Shown: positions 1 through 10,189 of the stretch, in pieces
Numbering within the stretch: the stretch's first letter is position 1
Layout: each line of letters opens with the position of its first letter
Assembly (NCBI GenBank): GCA_963662655.2
Contig: CAXXTU010000002.1
Location: 2,560,001 to 2,624,000 of the forward strand
Direction of reading: 5' to 3'
Origin: Candidatus Cloacimonadales bacterium
GTDB taxonomy: Bacteria > Cloacimonadota > Cloacimonadia > Cloacimonadales > JAIOQZ01
Length of the DNA stretch: 64,000 nt
Notes under the pieces: generated by a model
Seen by the model: the letters and a program-made list of their open reading frames with translations, nothing else
What the model was told of the DNA's origin: nothing
Databases searched by the model: none
Position numbers and translations under genes: made by a program

Positions 1-11
1 ATGGAAAACCT

Positions 12-2633
12 ATGAAAATCAGTTACAACTGGTTGAAGCAATATATCGATCTGGAGCTGAGTCCCGAAGAGCTTCAGGAGAAGATGACCTTCGCGGGTAT
101 CGAAGTGGAGGACGTCCAGTATCTCGGAGATGAGCTCAAGGACGTTGTCGTCGCGAAAATCGTAACCAGGGAAAAGCATCCCGATGCCGACAAGCTGTCC
201 CTCTGCACCGTTGATGACGGAACCACCGTTCATCAGGTTATCTGCGGCGCGCCCAACACACGCGCCGGGCAAATCGTGGCGTTTGCTCCCATCGGAACGC
301 AGATCGGTGAAATCACGCTCAAGAAGGCGAAAATCCGCGGCGTAGAATCGTTCGGAATGATATGCTCCGAACGCGAGATGGGACTTTCGGACAATCACGA
401 CGGCATCCTGGAACTTCCGCAGGACGCTCCCGTCGGGGCGAGTCTGCCGGAATACCTCAATCTGCGCGATATCGTCTACGATGTCGAGATTACGCCCAAT
501 CGCTCAGACCTTCTGGGCATGATCGGCGTCGCCCGAGATCTGGCCGCCGTTCTCGACCTTCCCATGCGGCTGCCGGAGATGCCGCTCAGTGCGTCGAAGG
601 TTTTCCACAACGATTACATACCCAAGTACGATCTGCGCACCGTAACGCGCGAAGAGCTCCTGACGATCCCCGAGATCGGGCCCAAACGCGCCGACTACAT
701 CATCGAGTATCGTGAGAAACACGGATTCGACACCCTGAAAAGCCTTCTCAAGGCGGATAAGATCGGCGATCACATCCTCGAGCGACTGATGCTCGAATTC
801 AAGCCGTTCGGTTCGGTTCAGGAAGTGTGGCAAAGCATCAACGAGGTGCTTTCTCTGGAGAACAAAGCTCCGAAGAAGTGCCCGAGATACACCGCCCGTT
901 TCATTAAAGGCGTCACGGTCAAGGATTCACCCGAGTGGCTCAAGAAGCATCTGATCTCTGTCGGGCTCCGTCCCATCAACAACATCGTAGACGTTACCAA
1001 CTACGTCATGATGGAATTCGGCCATCCGCTCCACGCTTTTGATTACAAACAGATTGAAGGACACAAAATAATCGTCCGCACCGCTAAAGTCGGTGAACCC
1101 TTCCAGGCACTGGACGAAGAGAAGCACGTGCTGACTTCGGACGATCTGGTCATTTGCGATGGAAAGAAACCTATCGCGCTGGCGGGTGTGATCGGCGGGA
1201 TGAACTCCCAGATCGACGACACCACCACGGATATCGTCATCGAAGCGGCGAACTTCCTCTACTCGTCCGTCCGCAAGACGTCGAACCGCCTCAAGATCAA
1301 CACCGATTCTTCCTACCGCTTCGAGCGAGACATCTCCGACGAAAACGCGATTCTCGCCAGCGACCGCGCTGTCCAGCTCATCCTGCAAACAGCTGGCGGA
1401 ACGTTGTACGACGGCGTGCTCGATTCCTATCCGAATCCGATAAAACCGATTGTCGTGAGTCTGCGGCCAGAACGCACGCGTCAATTCCTGGATGTCGAAA
1501 TTCCCGACAACAAGATGATCGATATCCTCGAATCGCTCAACATTTTATTAGTTGGAGAAGAAGGTGAAACCCTCTTCTTCCGCGTCCCGCATTATCGCAA
1601 AGATATTACTCGTGAAGCCGACCTGATCGAAGAAATCATCCGCATCTGGGGTTACAACAACGTTGGAACCCGCACGCATCTTCAGCATATTCAGAACCGC
1701 GACATGTTCTACATGCGTCGCAACATCCAGGATTATCTGGTTGATCGCGGATTCTTCGAGGTGATCAACTGGCCTTTCGCCGATCCCGAAGACCTCGACA
1801 AACTCCAGATTGCCGCGGATGACAAACGACGCGAAAACACCGTGATCATGAACCCGATCGGCGTCCGTTTCTCGCTGATGCAATCGACCATGCTGCCGAG
1901 TTTGCTACGCAACGCCCAGCACAACCTCAACCACGGTCAGCACGACTTCAAGCTGTTCGAGATGAACAAGCTGTTCTTCCGCAAGAACGAGAAGCTCGCT
2001 CGCGAAGAAACCTGGGTTACAGGCGTCATGACCGGCTCGCGCGAACCGATGTACTGGAACGGCAAGCAGGAAACGCTCGATTTCTTCGACATCAAAGGCG
2101 AAATGGAGGAACTCTTCATCGCGGCCGGACTCGACGTCCCCGCCGTTCAGGAATCGGATCAACCCTACCACATGAAGGGGCAAGCCGCTTCCTTGATGAT
2201 CGATAAGGAAGCCGTTGGATCCTTTGGACGCCTCGATCCGAAAATCGCCCGGATTTACGACATCGAAGCCGAGATATACGTTTTCGAAATCTGTATCGAT
2301 TCGCTCCTGAAGCACTGGAATGAACACCGCATTCAGTTCTGCGACGTCTCCCGTTTCCCGGGTGTCCAGAGGGACCTCTCCATCCTCGTTCGGCGCGATT
2401 TTTCCGTCGAGGAGATCAGCCGCGAAATCCTTCAGGCGAACCCGGAAATCATCCGCAATGTAAGCCTGTTCGATGTGTTTACGGGAAAGCAGGTTAAGGA
2501 TGGTTATCGAAGCCTCACCTTTAAGCTGTATCTGCAATCTTCCACAAAAACCTTGACGGACAATGCGATAAACAAAATATTCTCAAGGATTGTCTCCAGA
2601 CTGGAGCAGAAATTCAATATTGAGATGAGGTAA
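12..2633 (+). CDS. pheT: Phenylalanine--tRNA ligase beta subunit, with an internal HhH insertion
   Basis: MKISYNWL start, tRNA-binding OB fold (HPDADKL, CGAPN), TPNRSDLL, B3/4 (INNIVDVTNY, HPLHAFD, YRFER), C-terminal FDX-ACB (RFPGVQRDLS). Confidence 0.97.
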   Translation: MKISYNWLKQYIDLELSPEELQEKMTFAGIEVEDVQYLGDELKDVVVAKIVTREKHPDADKLSLCTVDDGTTVHQVICGAPNTRAGQIVAFAPIGTQIGEITLKKAKIRGVESFGMICSEREMGLSDNHDGILELPQDAPVGASLPEYLNLRDIVYDVEITPNRSDLLGMIGVARDLAAVLDLPMRLPEMPLSASKVFHNDYIPKYDLRTVTREELLTIPEIGPKRADYIIEYREKHGFDTLKSLLKADKIGDHILERLMLEFKPFGSVQEVWQSINEVLSLENKAPKKCPRYTARFIKGVTVKDSPEWLKKHLISVGLRPINNIVDVTNYVMMEFGHPLHAFDYKQIEGHKIIVRTAKVGEPFQALDEEKHVLTSDDLVICDGKKPIALAGVIGGMNSQIDDTTTDIVIEAANFLYSSVRKTSNRLKINTDSSYRFERDISDENAILASDRAVQLILQTAGGTLYDGVLDSYPNPIKPIVVSLRPERTRQFLDVEIPDNKMIDILESLNILLVGEEGETLFFRVPHYRKDITREADLIEEIIRIWGYNNVGTRTHLQHIQNRDMFYMRRNIQDYLVDRGFFEVINWPFADPEDLDKLQIAADDKRRENTVIMNPIGVRFSLMQSTMLPSLLRNAQHNLNHGQHDFKLFEMNKLFFRKNEKLAREETWVTGVMTGSREPMYWNGKQETLDFFDIKGEMEELFIAAGLDVPAVQESDQPYHMKGQAASLMIDKEAVGSFGRLDPKIARIYDIEAEIYVFEICIDSLLKHWNEHRIQFCDVSRFPGVQRDLSILVRRDFSVEEISREILQANPEIIRNVSLFDVFTGKQVKDGYRSLTFKLYLQSSTKTLTDNAINKIFSRIVSRLEQKFNIEMR

Positions 2634-2636
2634 ACA

Positions 2637-2957
2637 ATGACGCAGCCGATCAATCAGCTTGAAGGAAAAATTCAGACATTAATCAATAAATATCAGGAAC
2701 TCAAAGAGATAAACACCAGAGCCATGGACCATAACCATGAGCTCGAAACAACACTGGCTGATCGCAATCAGGTGATTCAGGGCCTGGAAAACCAGCTCCG
2801 CGAACTCACCCAGATTTGCACGAGTCGCGAAGAGAAGATCACCCGCCTCCAGGAAGAAAACGATGCCATGAGCGAGAAGATCGAGCAGTTTGAAGCAACC
2901 ACGAAAGACGCGACGGGAAGACTGGACAGCATCCTCAGCCAAATCGAAGAATTATAG
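2637..2957 (+). CDS. Coiled-coil protein, ZapB-like
   Basis: 106 aa, heptad-rich, between pheT and zapA (usual ZapB-like position). Confidence 0.65.
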   Translation: MTQPINQLEGKIQTLINKYQELKEINTRAMDHNHELETTLADRNQVIQGLENQLRELTQICTSREEKITRLQEENDAMSEKIEQFEATTKDATGRLDSILSQIEEL

Positions 2958-2960
2958 TGT

Positions 2961-3227
2961 ATGAAAACAATCGAGGTTGAGCTATTCGGAAGAAAGCTGC
3001 GAATTCGGGGAGACGACCCGGCGAAGATACACAAGTACGCCGACTACCTGAATGCGGAGCTGAACGAGCTCAAATCCAAGATTGAATTCACCGACCATAC
3101 GAATTTAATCTTGTTCGGCGCTCTGATCATCACCGAGAAGTATTTTCTGGAACGTGACATGAACAACGCCCTGGCGGATGAGATGAATCGCCTGAACGAT
3201 ATGATCAAGGCTTTTGTAACCGAATAG
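2961..3227 (+). CDS. zapA: Cell division protein ZapA
   Basis: IEVELFGRKLRI...YADYLNAELNEL pattern, 88 aa, directly upstream of the 6S RNA. Confidence 0.85.
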   Translation: MKTIEVELFGRKLRIRGDDPAKIHKYADYLNAELNELKSKIEFTDHTNLILFGALIITEKYFLERDMNNALADEMNRLNDMIKAFVTE

Positions 3228-3246
3228 CCTCAGATTACGTTTTTTT

Positions 3247-3414
3247 GCCTGCGGTATTCGTGATGGGGTCTTGCAAATGAACCTAAGAACGTAGAGGGAA
3301 TCGAGCCTCGTGCGGCGCGCAAGCCGGACATGATCCGGATTCGTCAAGTGCGTAAGGTAGATACCCACCTTGTGTGGGGGTTCTGCGAGCAATATTTCAC
3401 ACGGTATCGCGGGT
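3247..3414 (+). ncRNA. ssrS: 6S RNA
   Basis: Closing stem GCCTGCGGTATTCGTG / CACGGTATCGCGGGT, internal GAACC...GGG / CCCACC...GGTTC pairings, ~170 nt, canonical zapA-rny position. Confidence 0.85.
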
Positions 3415-3563
3415 TTGCATTTTCCAGGCAATGTAAATCCTTTTGTCGATTATCGAGACATGCCTGAGCCGTTTTGGGAAATTTCTCCACATTGTCGACC
3501 TTTCGGGATACTGCGGGATTCCGGGCTGGCCTTGTGTAAATAAATCAAAGTGAGGTAATTGTA

Positions 3564-5132
3564 ATGACTCTAATAAATCTCGGCGCTTTTGCCGTCGGCC
3601 TTGTTCTCGCAATTTTCGCTGTTATTCTCATCTACATCATCAAACGCAATAAAATCCGCCACGAACTGATCGATTCACGCACTGAAGCAGACAAGATGAT
3701 CGTCGAAGCGAGAAAAGAGGCCGAGACCATCAAGAAAACGACCATCCTTGAAGCCAAGGACGAATGGTACAAAATCAAGAAGAAGGAAGAGGAAGCCATC
3801 GACGAGCGCCAGCGCGAGCTGCGCGGAATGGAAAAACGCTACAACGAAAGGCTTTCGAACCTCGATAAACGTCTTGACGCTCTCGATAAAAAAGAGCACA
3901 ATCTTGAAAAACTCGACCGCAACATCAAAGAGCAGGAAGAAAAACTGCAAGCCCGTTCCAAAGAAGTAGAACGAACGATCGAAAAGCAGGAAGAAAAGCT
4001 GATGGAGATCGCTCAGCTCACGAAAGAACAGGCTATCGAACGGTTGGAAAGCGGTTTGATCGCCAAGGCTCGCAATCATGCAGCCGCCCAGGTAAAGCAG
4101 ATTCTCGAAGAAGCGCAGCTCAAGGCTTCACGCGAAGCCGCCGGATTCATCGCCACCGCGATTCAGCGTATCGCCGTCGATTACGTATCCGAATCGACCG
4201 TGGCCGTCGTCTCGCTTCCCGGCGACGAGATGAAGGGACGCATCATCGGTCGCGAAGGCCGTAACATCCGCGCGTTCGAGAAAGCTTCGGGCGTCGATGT
4301 GATCATCGACGATACGCCGGAAGCCGTCGTGCTCTCCTGCTTCGATCCGGTTCGCCGCGAAGTGTCCCGCATCGCGCTCGAGAAGCTGATTCTCGACGGC
4401 AGAATCCATCCCGGCCGCATCGAGGAAGTCCTCGAGCGCACCCGCAAGGAGATGGACGAGAACATCATCAAGATCGGTGAGCAGGCCTGCATCGAGGTCA
4501 ACGTCCACAATATTTCACCCAATATCATCAAGCTGCTCGGTCGTATGCAATACCGCACCAGCTACGGGCAAAACGTGCTTCAGCACAGCATCGAAGCTGC
4601 GTGGGTCGCCGGAATGCTGGCTGCGGAACTTGGTCTCGATCAGGAACTCGCGCGCCGCGCCGGATTCCTGCACGACATCGGCAAGGCCGTCGACCACGAA
4701 GTGGAAGGCTCACATGCCTCCATCGGTGCAACCATCGCCCGTAAGAACGGCGAGAGCAAGCTGATCATCAACGCGATCGAAGCGCACCACGAAGAAGTGG
4801 AGCCCACCAGCATCTACGCAGCGCTCGTACAGGCTGCGGACGCCATCTCTGGCGCACGCCCGGGAGCGAGGCGCGAAATGCTCGAATCCTACATGCAGCG
4901 GCTCGACAAGCTGGAAGAAATCGCCGGCACGGTCGAGGGCGTGAACAAGTCGTTCGCCATCCAGGCCGGACGCGAGCTTCGCATCATTGTCGACCCGGTT
5001 TCTATCGACGACGGCAAGACGCTCTATATCGCCGCCGATATCGCGGAGAAGATCGAGAAAGAAATGCAGTATCCCGGCCAGATAAAGGTCGTTGTGATAC
5101 GCGAAACACGCCAGACAGCAATAGCGAAGTAA
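3564..5132 (+). CDS. rny: Ribonuclease Y
   Basis: N-terminal TM, coiled coil, KH ([14 protein letters not shown]), HD domain (LHDIGK). Confidence 0.97.
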   Translation: MTLINLGAFAVGLVLAIFAVILIYIIKRNKIRHELIDSRTEADKMIVEARKEAETIKKTTILEAKDEWYKIKKKEEEAIDERQRELRGMEKRYNERLSNLDKRLDALDKKEHNLEKLDRNIKEQEEKLQARSKEVERTIEKQEEKLMEIAQLTKEQAIERLESGLIAKARNHAAAQVKQILEEAQLKASREAAGFIATAIQRIAVDYVSESTVAVVSLPGDEMKGRIIGREGRNIRAFEKASGVDVIIDDTPEAVVLSCFDPVRREVSRIALEKLILDGRIHPGRIEEVLERTRKEMDENIIKIGEQACIEVNVHNISPNIIKLLGRMQYRTSYGQNVLQHSIEAAWVAGMLAAELGLDQELARRAGFLHDIGKAVDHEVEGSHASIGATIARKNGESKLIINAIEAHHEEVEPTSIYAALVQAADAISGARPGARREMLESYMQRLDKLEEIAGTVEGVNKSFAIQAGRELRIIVDPVSIDDGKTLYIAADIAEKIEKEMQYPGQIKVVVIRETRQTAIAK

Positions 5133-5133
5133 T

Positions 5134-5913
5134 ATGAGATTTCTCTTCTTCGGTGACGTTTTCGGGAAGCCCGGCAGGCGAATCGTTCAGGAAAACCTGC
5201 AGAAGCTCAAAGACGAATTCAGAATCGATATTTCAATCATGAACTGCGAAAACCTCGCTTCGGGCAGAGGCGTTACGCGCAAAACCGCCGTCCCTCTCTT
5301 CGAAGCGGGTATCGACGCTTTCACAAGCGGTAATCATCTATGGGACCGCAAGGAGTCGATGGAGTACCTGCATTCCGAGTCACGCATTGTCAAACCGATC
5401 AATTTTCCATGTGACGCAACTGGCAACCCCCATTATATTATCGATAAGGGGGGAATCCGTATCTGCGTCGTAACGGTGGTAGGGCACGCTTTCATGACTG
5501 GCGCAGATTTGCCCATTCAGTCGCTGGAAGAAGCGTTACCCACACTACAGAAAGAGTCTGACATAATTGTCGTCGATTTCCACGCGGAATCCACGGCGGA
5601 GAAAAGGGCCATGGGCTTCTACTTCGACGGCCAGATACAAGCTTTGCTGGGTACGCACACGCATATCCAAACCGCCGATGAGGAAATCCTGCCCCGCGGA
5701 ACAGCTTACATCACGGACGTGGGCATGACGGGACCGCACGATTCGGTTATCGGCGTTAAAAGGAAAATCATCCTCGAGAAAATGCGCACAGGTATGCCGA
5801 TCCAGTACGAGGTTGCCGATTCAGGTTTGCAGATCAACGCGGTCTGCTTCGAGATTGACGACAGTACCATGAAAGCGGTTTCCATCGAGCGAATCAGGAG
5901 GAGTGTTCACTAA
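5134..5913 (+). CDS. YmdB/TIGR00282-family metallophosphoesterase
   Basis: GDVFGKPG, TSGNHLWD, DFHAESTAEK, GTHTHIQTAD, TDVGMTG; follows rny. Confidence 0.93.
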   Translation: MRFLFFGDVFGKPGRRIVQENLQKLKDEFRIDISIMNCENLASGRGVTRKTAVPLFEAGIDAFTSGNHLWDRKESMEYLHSESRIVKPINFPCDATGNPHYIIDKGGIRICVVTVVGHAFMTGADLPIQSLEEALPTLQKESDIIVVDFHAESTAEKRAMGFYFDGQIQALLGTHTHIQTADEEILPRGTAYITDVGMTGPHDSVIGVKRKIILEKMRTGMPIQYEVADSGLQINAVCFEIDDSTMKAVSIERIRRSVH

Positions 5914-6773
5914 TGCAGGTTCTTAAAGGTCTCCCTGTCGCGAAAAAACTCTTCGCGGAAGCCAGGGCCAGAATAGAGGCGAAGAATCTGGCGCCAAAGC
6001 TCACGGTTATCATTCTCGGTAACGACCCCGCAGCGATGTTCTATGTGCAGAATATCGAGAAGAAGGGCGCGAGCATCGGCGTTGATGTCACCATCATGCG
6101 TGAGGACGATTCGATTTCGCAAGATCAACTCCTTTCGATTATCCACGGGCTCAACGAAGATCCGAACGTTCACGGCATCATGGTGCAGAAACCGCTTCCG
6201 AAGCAGATCGACGACATGACTGTGTCTATCGCCATCGCACCGGAAAAGGATGTGGACGCGTTCCACCCGATGAATCTCGGAAACCTCCTTCTGGACCGCG
6301 AAGGCTTTATCCCGTGCACACCGGCTGCTGTGATGGATATGATCCGGCACTACGAGATTCCCGTTTCAGGGAAGCATGTTGTCGTGCTCGGACGTAGCGA
6401 CATCGTTGGTAAACCCATGGCGCTTCTGCTCCTGCGAAAACGCGATTTCGCCAACGCGACCGTTACCGTCTGCCACAGCCGGACACAGAATTTAGCTGAA
6501 ATCACTCGTTCCGCCGACGTCCTTATCGCCGCAATCGGCGTGGCGAGGTTCGTCAAAGCGGACATGATAAAAGAGGGCGCTGTTGTAATCGATGTCGGAG
6601 TGAATGAAATCTCCGACGGCCAGGGCGGCACAATGTACACCGGCGATGTCGATTACGACGATCTATGTGAGAAGACCACCATGATAACCCCTGTTCCAAA
6701 AGGAGTTGGGACGGTAACGACCGCACGCTTGATTTCCAATGTCGTGGAGGCTGCTTTTCGCAATCGGGAATAG
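5913..6773 (+). CDS. folD: Bifunctional methylenetetrahydrofolate dehydrogenase/cyclohydrolase
   Basis: KDVDAFHP, PCTP, GRSDIVGKP, TVTVCHSRT, TPVPKGVG. Confidence 0.95.
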   Translation: MQVLKGLPVAKKLFAEARARIEAKNLAPKLTVIILGNDPAAMFYVQNIEKKGASIGVDVTIMREDDSISQDQLLSIIHGLNEDPNVHGIMVQKPLPKQIDDMTVSIAIAPEKDVDAFHPMNLGNLLLDREGFIPCTPAAVMDMIRHYEIPVSGKHVVVLGRSDIVGKPMALLLLRKRDFANATVTVCHSRTQNLAEITRSADVLIAAIGVARFVKADMIKEGAVVIDVGVNEISDGQGGTMYTGDVDYDDLCEKTTMITPVPKGVGTVTTARLISNVVEAAFRNRE

Positions 6774-6904
6774 GTTTTGGGATTGATTCTGCGGATAAAG
6801 AGAAATGTTTTTTTGAAAAAATACGTGTTATTTTGGATTTTTTGTTGACGGATTCCTGTCGACAAATGAAGTTAGACGAACATTATAAGGGGATTGGAGG
6901 AAAT

Positions 6905-9376
6905 ATGCGTGGTATAACCAGCAAACTGTTTGTTCTGGCACTGATCACGATTACAGGTCTGTTTATACTAACCTCATGCGAGCACTCAAAGGGCTCTCTA
7001 AGAAGTAATCAGCCACCGTCAATACAGATCACTTCGTATAATGGAGCGGTGGATTCATCGAATGTTTATTCAGATACGCTGCTTTATCAACAGACCATAT
7101 ACTGGGAAGGTGTCGATACAGACGGTATCATTGCAGGATATGCTTTCCGTATTCTGGATAACGACGGCAATGCTGTGGGAACCTACAACTACGAAACCCT
7201 CGACGGCGAAGGTTGGGTTTACCACTACAAAGAAGGCGCTAACGAAAGCGATCCGAACCACCCGCTCGGTGATCCGGAAGTCAGCACAATTTGGACGTCT
7301 CGTCCTTCTGCTACGATTCGCTTCCCCGCCAGCATTTCTCAGCAGATTATCCGGGATTCTCTTCCTGACGGCAGCTACATTGAGACCATCATCAATGAAT
7401 CTGCAACCGGTATTCCTTACCTGTTCGAAGTGAAAGCGCTCGACAACCGAGACGCCCAGAGCAGTATTGTTGGGAAATACTTCTTCACTTACTCGGTCAA
7501 GCCGGAAACTTACATCTCCACCACCAAGGGCGAGCTCTCCTACATCGACGAAGATACGGAACAGATCGTTTACAAAGATGTCGGTCTTGGCGTTCGCTTC
7601 TCATTCTCGATGGTAGACGAAGATCCTTACATCGCAAATGACCCGAAGGAATTCAAGTACGTCCTCTACAAAGTGGACACAGACGGTAATTTCGTACAAG
7701 ACGACAATTACAAGTGGACGGAGCTTCCAGATACAACGGACTTGGACGAATGGTATATCGCGTACGATTCAGGTAACATCTCTCGCCAGATTCTCACGGC
7801 AGACCCATTCAATACGCCGCCGCTCGTGGACTTCAACGACGACAATTACCTCACGCGTATCGCCTGTATCGGTATCGACGAAGCAGGGCTTCCTTCCTAC
7901 ATGGCATATAAGGATTTCAGAGTGAAAGAGGGATTCTACCCGGGAACTCTGGTCTACAATTACGATATTTTCGCGCTCGGCGACAACCACTTTGTCGATT
8001 ACCGCGACTTCAGTCTCGGAATCGTAATCCCGAGCCGTACCACGCTTACCGGTATCGAATACTCGACACCACTGTTTATCGACCAGCACAGCAGGCTTGT
8101 CGCCCTTCATAGCGATGACCTCCAGATTCACATGTACTGGGGATTCAACGGTGAATTCAGCAACAACAGCCCTCGCGAGAAGAAAGAAGACGTTGTTCTC
8201 GACGAACAAACCGGTGTCAACTACCTCAGCGAAATCAGATTCTTCGATTTCCGCTTGAATGGCGAACCGTACAGGCTTCCTGCGTTTGGTGATCCAAGCC
8301 AGTACGTCGTCACCGATAATGACGGTACGCAGTGGAGCCGCTTCTATATCTCGAGCGAATATGCAAAGAGGGTTACGCTGGTTAACCTCGAACCAACCGA
8401 TCCTTTCGATATCAACAGCTACCACAAGTTTGAAGTTCGCGCCGTTGACCTTCAGAACGAACCGGATCCAACACCTGCCGAATTCTCATTCAAACTTGAT
8501 GCACCTCTTTCTTACGAAGAAAAACAAGGTATCTTGATCATCGACGACGAAATCGATCACGCATTCAGCCCTCAAGATACTGTTTATGCTTTCTATAACG
8601 ATTATATTGCCGGCTACACTCCAAACGAAGTACTCGATTACAAGTATCTCGAAGAAAGCGTTTGGGATTCCCAGCTCCACTTCAGTAAGGACGTTCTCTC
8701 GCCAACCGATCTCCAGAAGTACAAACTGGTCATCTGGCACGTCGAGAATCCGCCCAAAAACATCAAGAACAACTTCGCGAAAGAGTACGATGTTCTGAAT
8801 CTTTACCTTCGTAGCGGTGGTAACATCATCCTTGTCGGTGGTGCGAACCTCTCGAATGTTTACGATGCGATCGTCTCCGAAGCTTATCCCATCTTCGAGG
8901 ATTACTTCGGCCTTTCCGCTAGCGTGAACGATGTTTCTGCGGGTATTCGCTTCCTTCCTGGTCCTCTTACGCAGGAACCATATTTCATCGGCGCTGAACC
9001 CACAAATTCAGATTGGCCGCAAGTCATGGTTAATCTTGAAGGAAACTGGAGCGCTATCGGTCCGATCATCTCGGCTCGTGGCGGTATCGGCTCAGTATCG
9101 TACTTCAACAACGGCAATTTCATTTCCGGCGTCGAAGTCCTATACAAAACCATTATCAAGGATCCAAGCGCAGAGGTTTACCCTCCATCCGCGGAACAAT
9201 ACGCAGCCTACAACGAGCGTCCAAACGTACTCCGCTTCAAACGCGAAGTTGCCGGACAGGTTGGCGTGCAGCAAACATGTTACCTTGTCGGTTTCCCGCT
9301 GATCTATATGGATCAGGCTGCAACGCAAGAAATGATGGGTAAAATGATTGAAGACGTCATGACCCAAAACGACTAA
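6905..9376 (+). CDS. Large lipoprotein of unknown function with beta-sandwich (Fn3/Ig-like) repeats
   Basis: RBS GGAGG before ATG 6905, lipobox ILTSC, recurring FEVKALD / FEVRAVD..DPTPA strands. Confidence 0.7.
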   Translation: MRGITSKLFVLALITITGLFILTSCEHSKGSLRSNQPPSIQITSYNGAVDSSNVYSDTLLYQQTIYWEGVDTDGIIAGYAFRILDNDGNAVGTYNYETLDGEGWVYHYKEGANESDPNHPLGDPEVSTIWTSRPSATIRFPASISQQIIRDSLPDGSYIETIINESATGIPYLFEVKALDNRDAQSSIVGKYFFTYSVKPETYISTTKGELSYIDEDTEQIVYKDVGLGVRFSFSMVDEDPYIANDPKEFKYVLYKVDTDGNFVQDDNYKWTELPDTTDLDEWYIAYDSGNISRQILTADPFNTPPLVDFNDDNYLTRIACIGIDEAGLPSYMAYKDFRVKEGFYPGTLVYNYDIFALGDNHFVDYRDFSLGIVIPSRTTLTGIEYSTPLFIDQHSRLVALHSDDLQIHMYWGFNGEFSNNSPREKKEDVVLDEQTGVNYLSEIRFFDFRLNGEPYRLPAFGDPSQYVVTDNDGTQWSRFYISSEYAKRVTLVNLEPTDPFDINSYHKFEVRAVDLQNEPDPTPAEFSFKLDAPLSYEEKQGILIIDDEIDHAFSPQDTVYAFYNDYIAGYTPNEVLDYKYLEESVWDSQLHFSKDVLSPTDLQKYKLVIWHVENPPKNIKNNFAKEYDVLNLYLRSGGNIILVGGANLSNVYDAIVSEAYPIFEDYFGLSASVNDVSAGIRFLPGPLTQEPYFIGAEPTNSDWPQVMVNLEGNWSAIGPIISARGGIGSVSYFNNGNFISGVEVLYKTIIKDPSAEVYPPSAEQYAAYNERPNVLRFKREVAGQVGVQQTCYLVGFPLIYMDQAATQEMMGKMIEDVMTQND

Positions 9377-9399
9377 TCATATCACGCAGATAGATTTGG

Positions 9400-9429
9400 A
9401 AACGCCGGAGATCATCCGGCGTTTTCTTT
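9400..9429 (+). terminator. Intrinsic terminator
   Basis: AAACGCCGGA-gatca-TCCGGCGTTT followed by a T-rich tail. Confidence 0.75.
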
Positions 9430-9525
9430 TACATCGCAATACGCTTCCAGGAAAGCAGCAATCCATCCACTTTTTATTGACACGTTTTGACCTTCGCGTT
9501 CATTCTAATCGCAGAGGAGGTTCCT

Positions 9526-10188
9526 ATGTGCGGACGCTTCGCCATCTATTCAAGCTTGCAGGACTTGTTCAAATACATCCGGTACATCAATGATCCCGAC
9601 GAGTACGACATCCGTTACAATGCCTCCCCAACGAATATTCTGCCGGTTTTTCGCAGGAACGACGAAGGCGTTGTCCTGGGTAATCTGCGCTGGGGACTGA
9701 TTCCATTCTGGTCGAAGGACGATACGATCGGGGGGAAGCTGATCAACGCTCGCAGTGAATCCGCCGGCGATAAACCAAGCTTCCGCAACGCGTATCGTTC
9801 GCGGCACTGTCTGATTCCCGCAAACGGCTTCTTCGAGTGGAGAAAGAACGATAAGCAGCCGATGTACATTTTCCTGAAGGATCATCCGATCTTCTGCTTT
9901 GCGGGGCTCTGGGAGAACTGGAAAGCGCCCTCCGGCGAATACGTCAGGACATTCACCATCCTCACGACGCAGCCGAACGAAATCATGGGCGACATCCACG
10001 ACAGGATGCCTGTGATTCTACCGCCAGGAAAGGAACTCGAGTGGTTTGACTGCGAAGGCGACATCGAAGCGTCGAACGCATTCATGAAGCCCCTTGATTC
10101 GGGGCTGATGACGTATTATCCCGTTTCAAAGCTTGTGAATTCGCCTCGCAACAACACAGAGGCTGTAACAACGCCTCTCGGCGCGTAG
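9526..10188 (+). CDS. SOS response-associated peptidase (SRAP/YedK/HMCES family)
   Basis: MCGRF N-terminus (catalytic Cys2), RWGLIPFW, INARSE, FFEW, HDRMPVIL. Confidence 0.93.
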   Translation: MCGRFAIYSSLQDLFKYIRYINDPDEYDIRYNASPTNILPVFRRNDEGVVLGNLRWGLIPFWSKDDTIGGKLINARSESAGDKPSFRNAYRSRHCLIPANGFFEWRKNDKQPMYIFLKDHPIFCFAGLWENWKAPSGEYVRTFTILTTQPNEIMGDIHDRMPVILPPGKELEWFDCEGDIEASNAFMKPLDSGLMTYYPVSKLVNSPRNNTEAVTTPLGA

Positions 10189-10189
10189 G

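Noticed and set aside
9400..9424. Near-identical hairpins at 9400 and 32867 as a repeat family
   Set aside because: They are short (about 25 nt), and both are adequately explained as intrinsic terminators.
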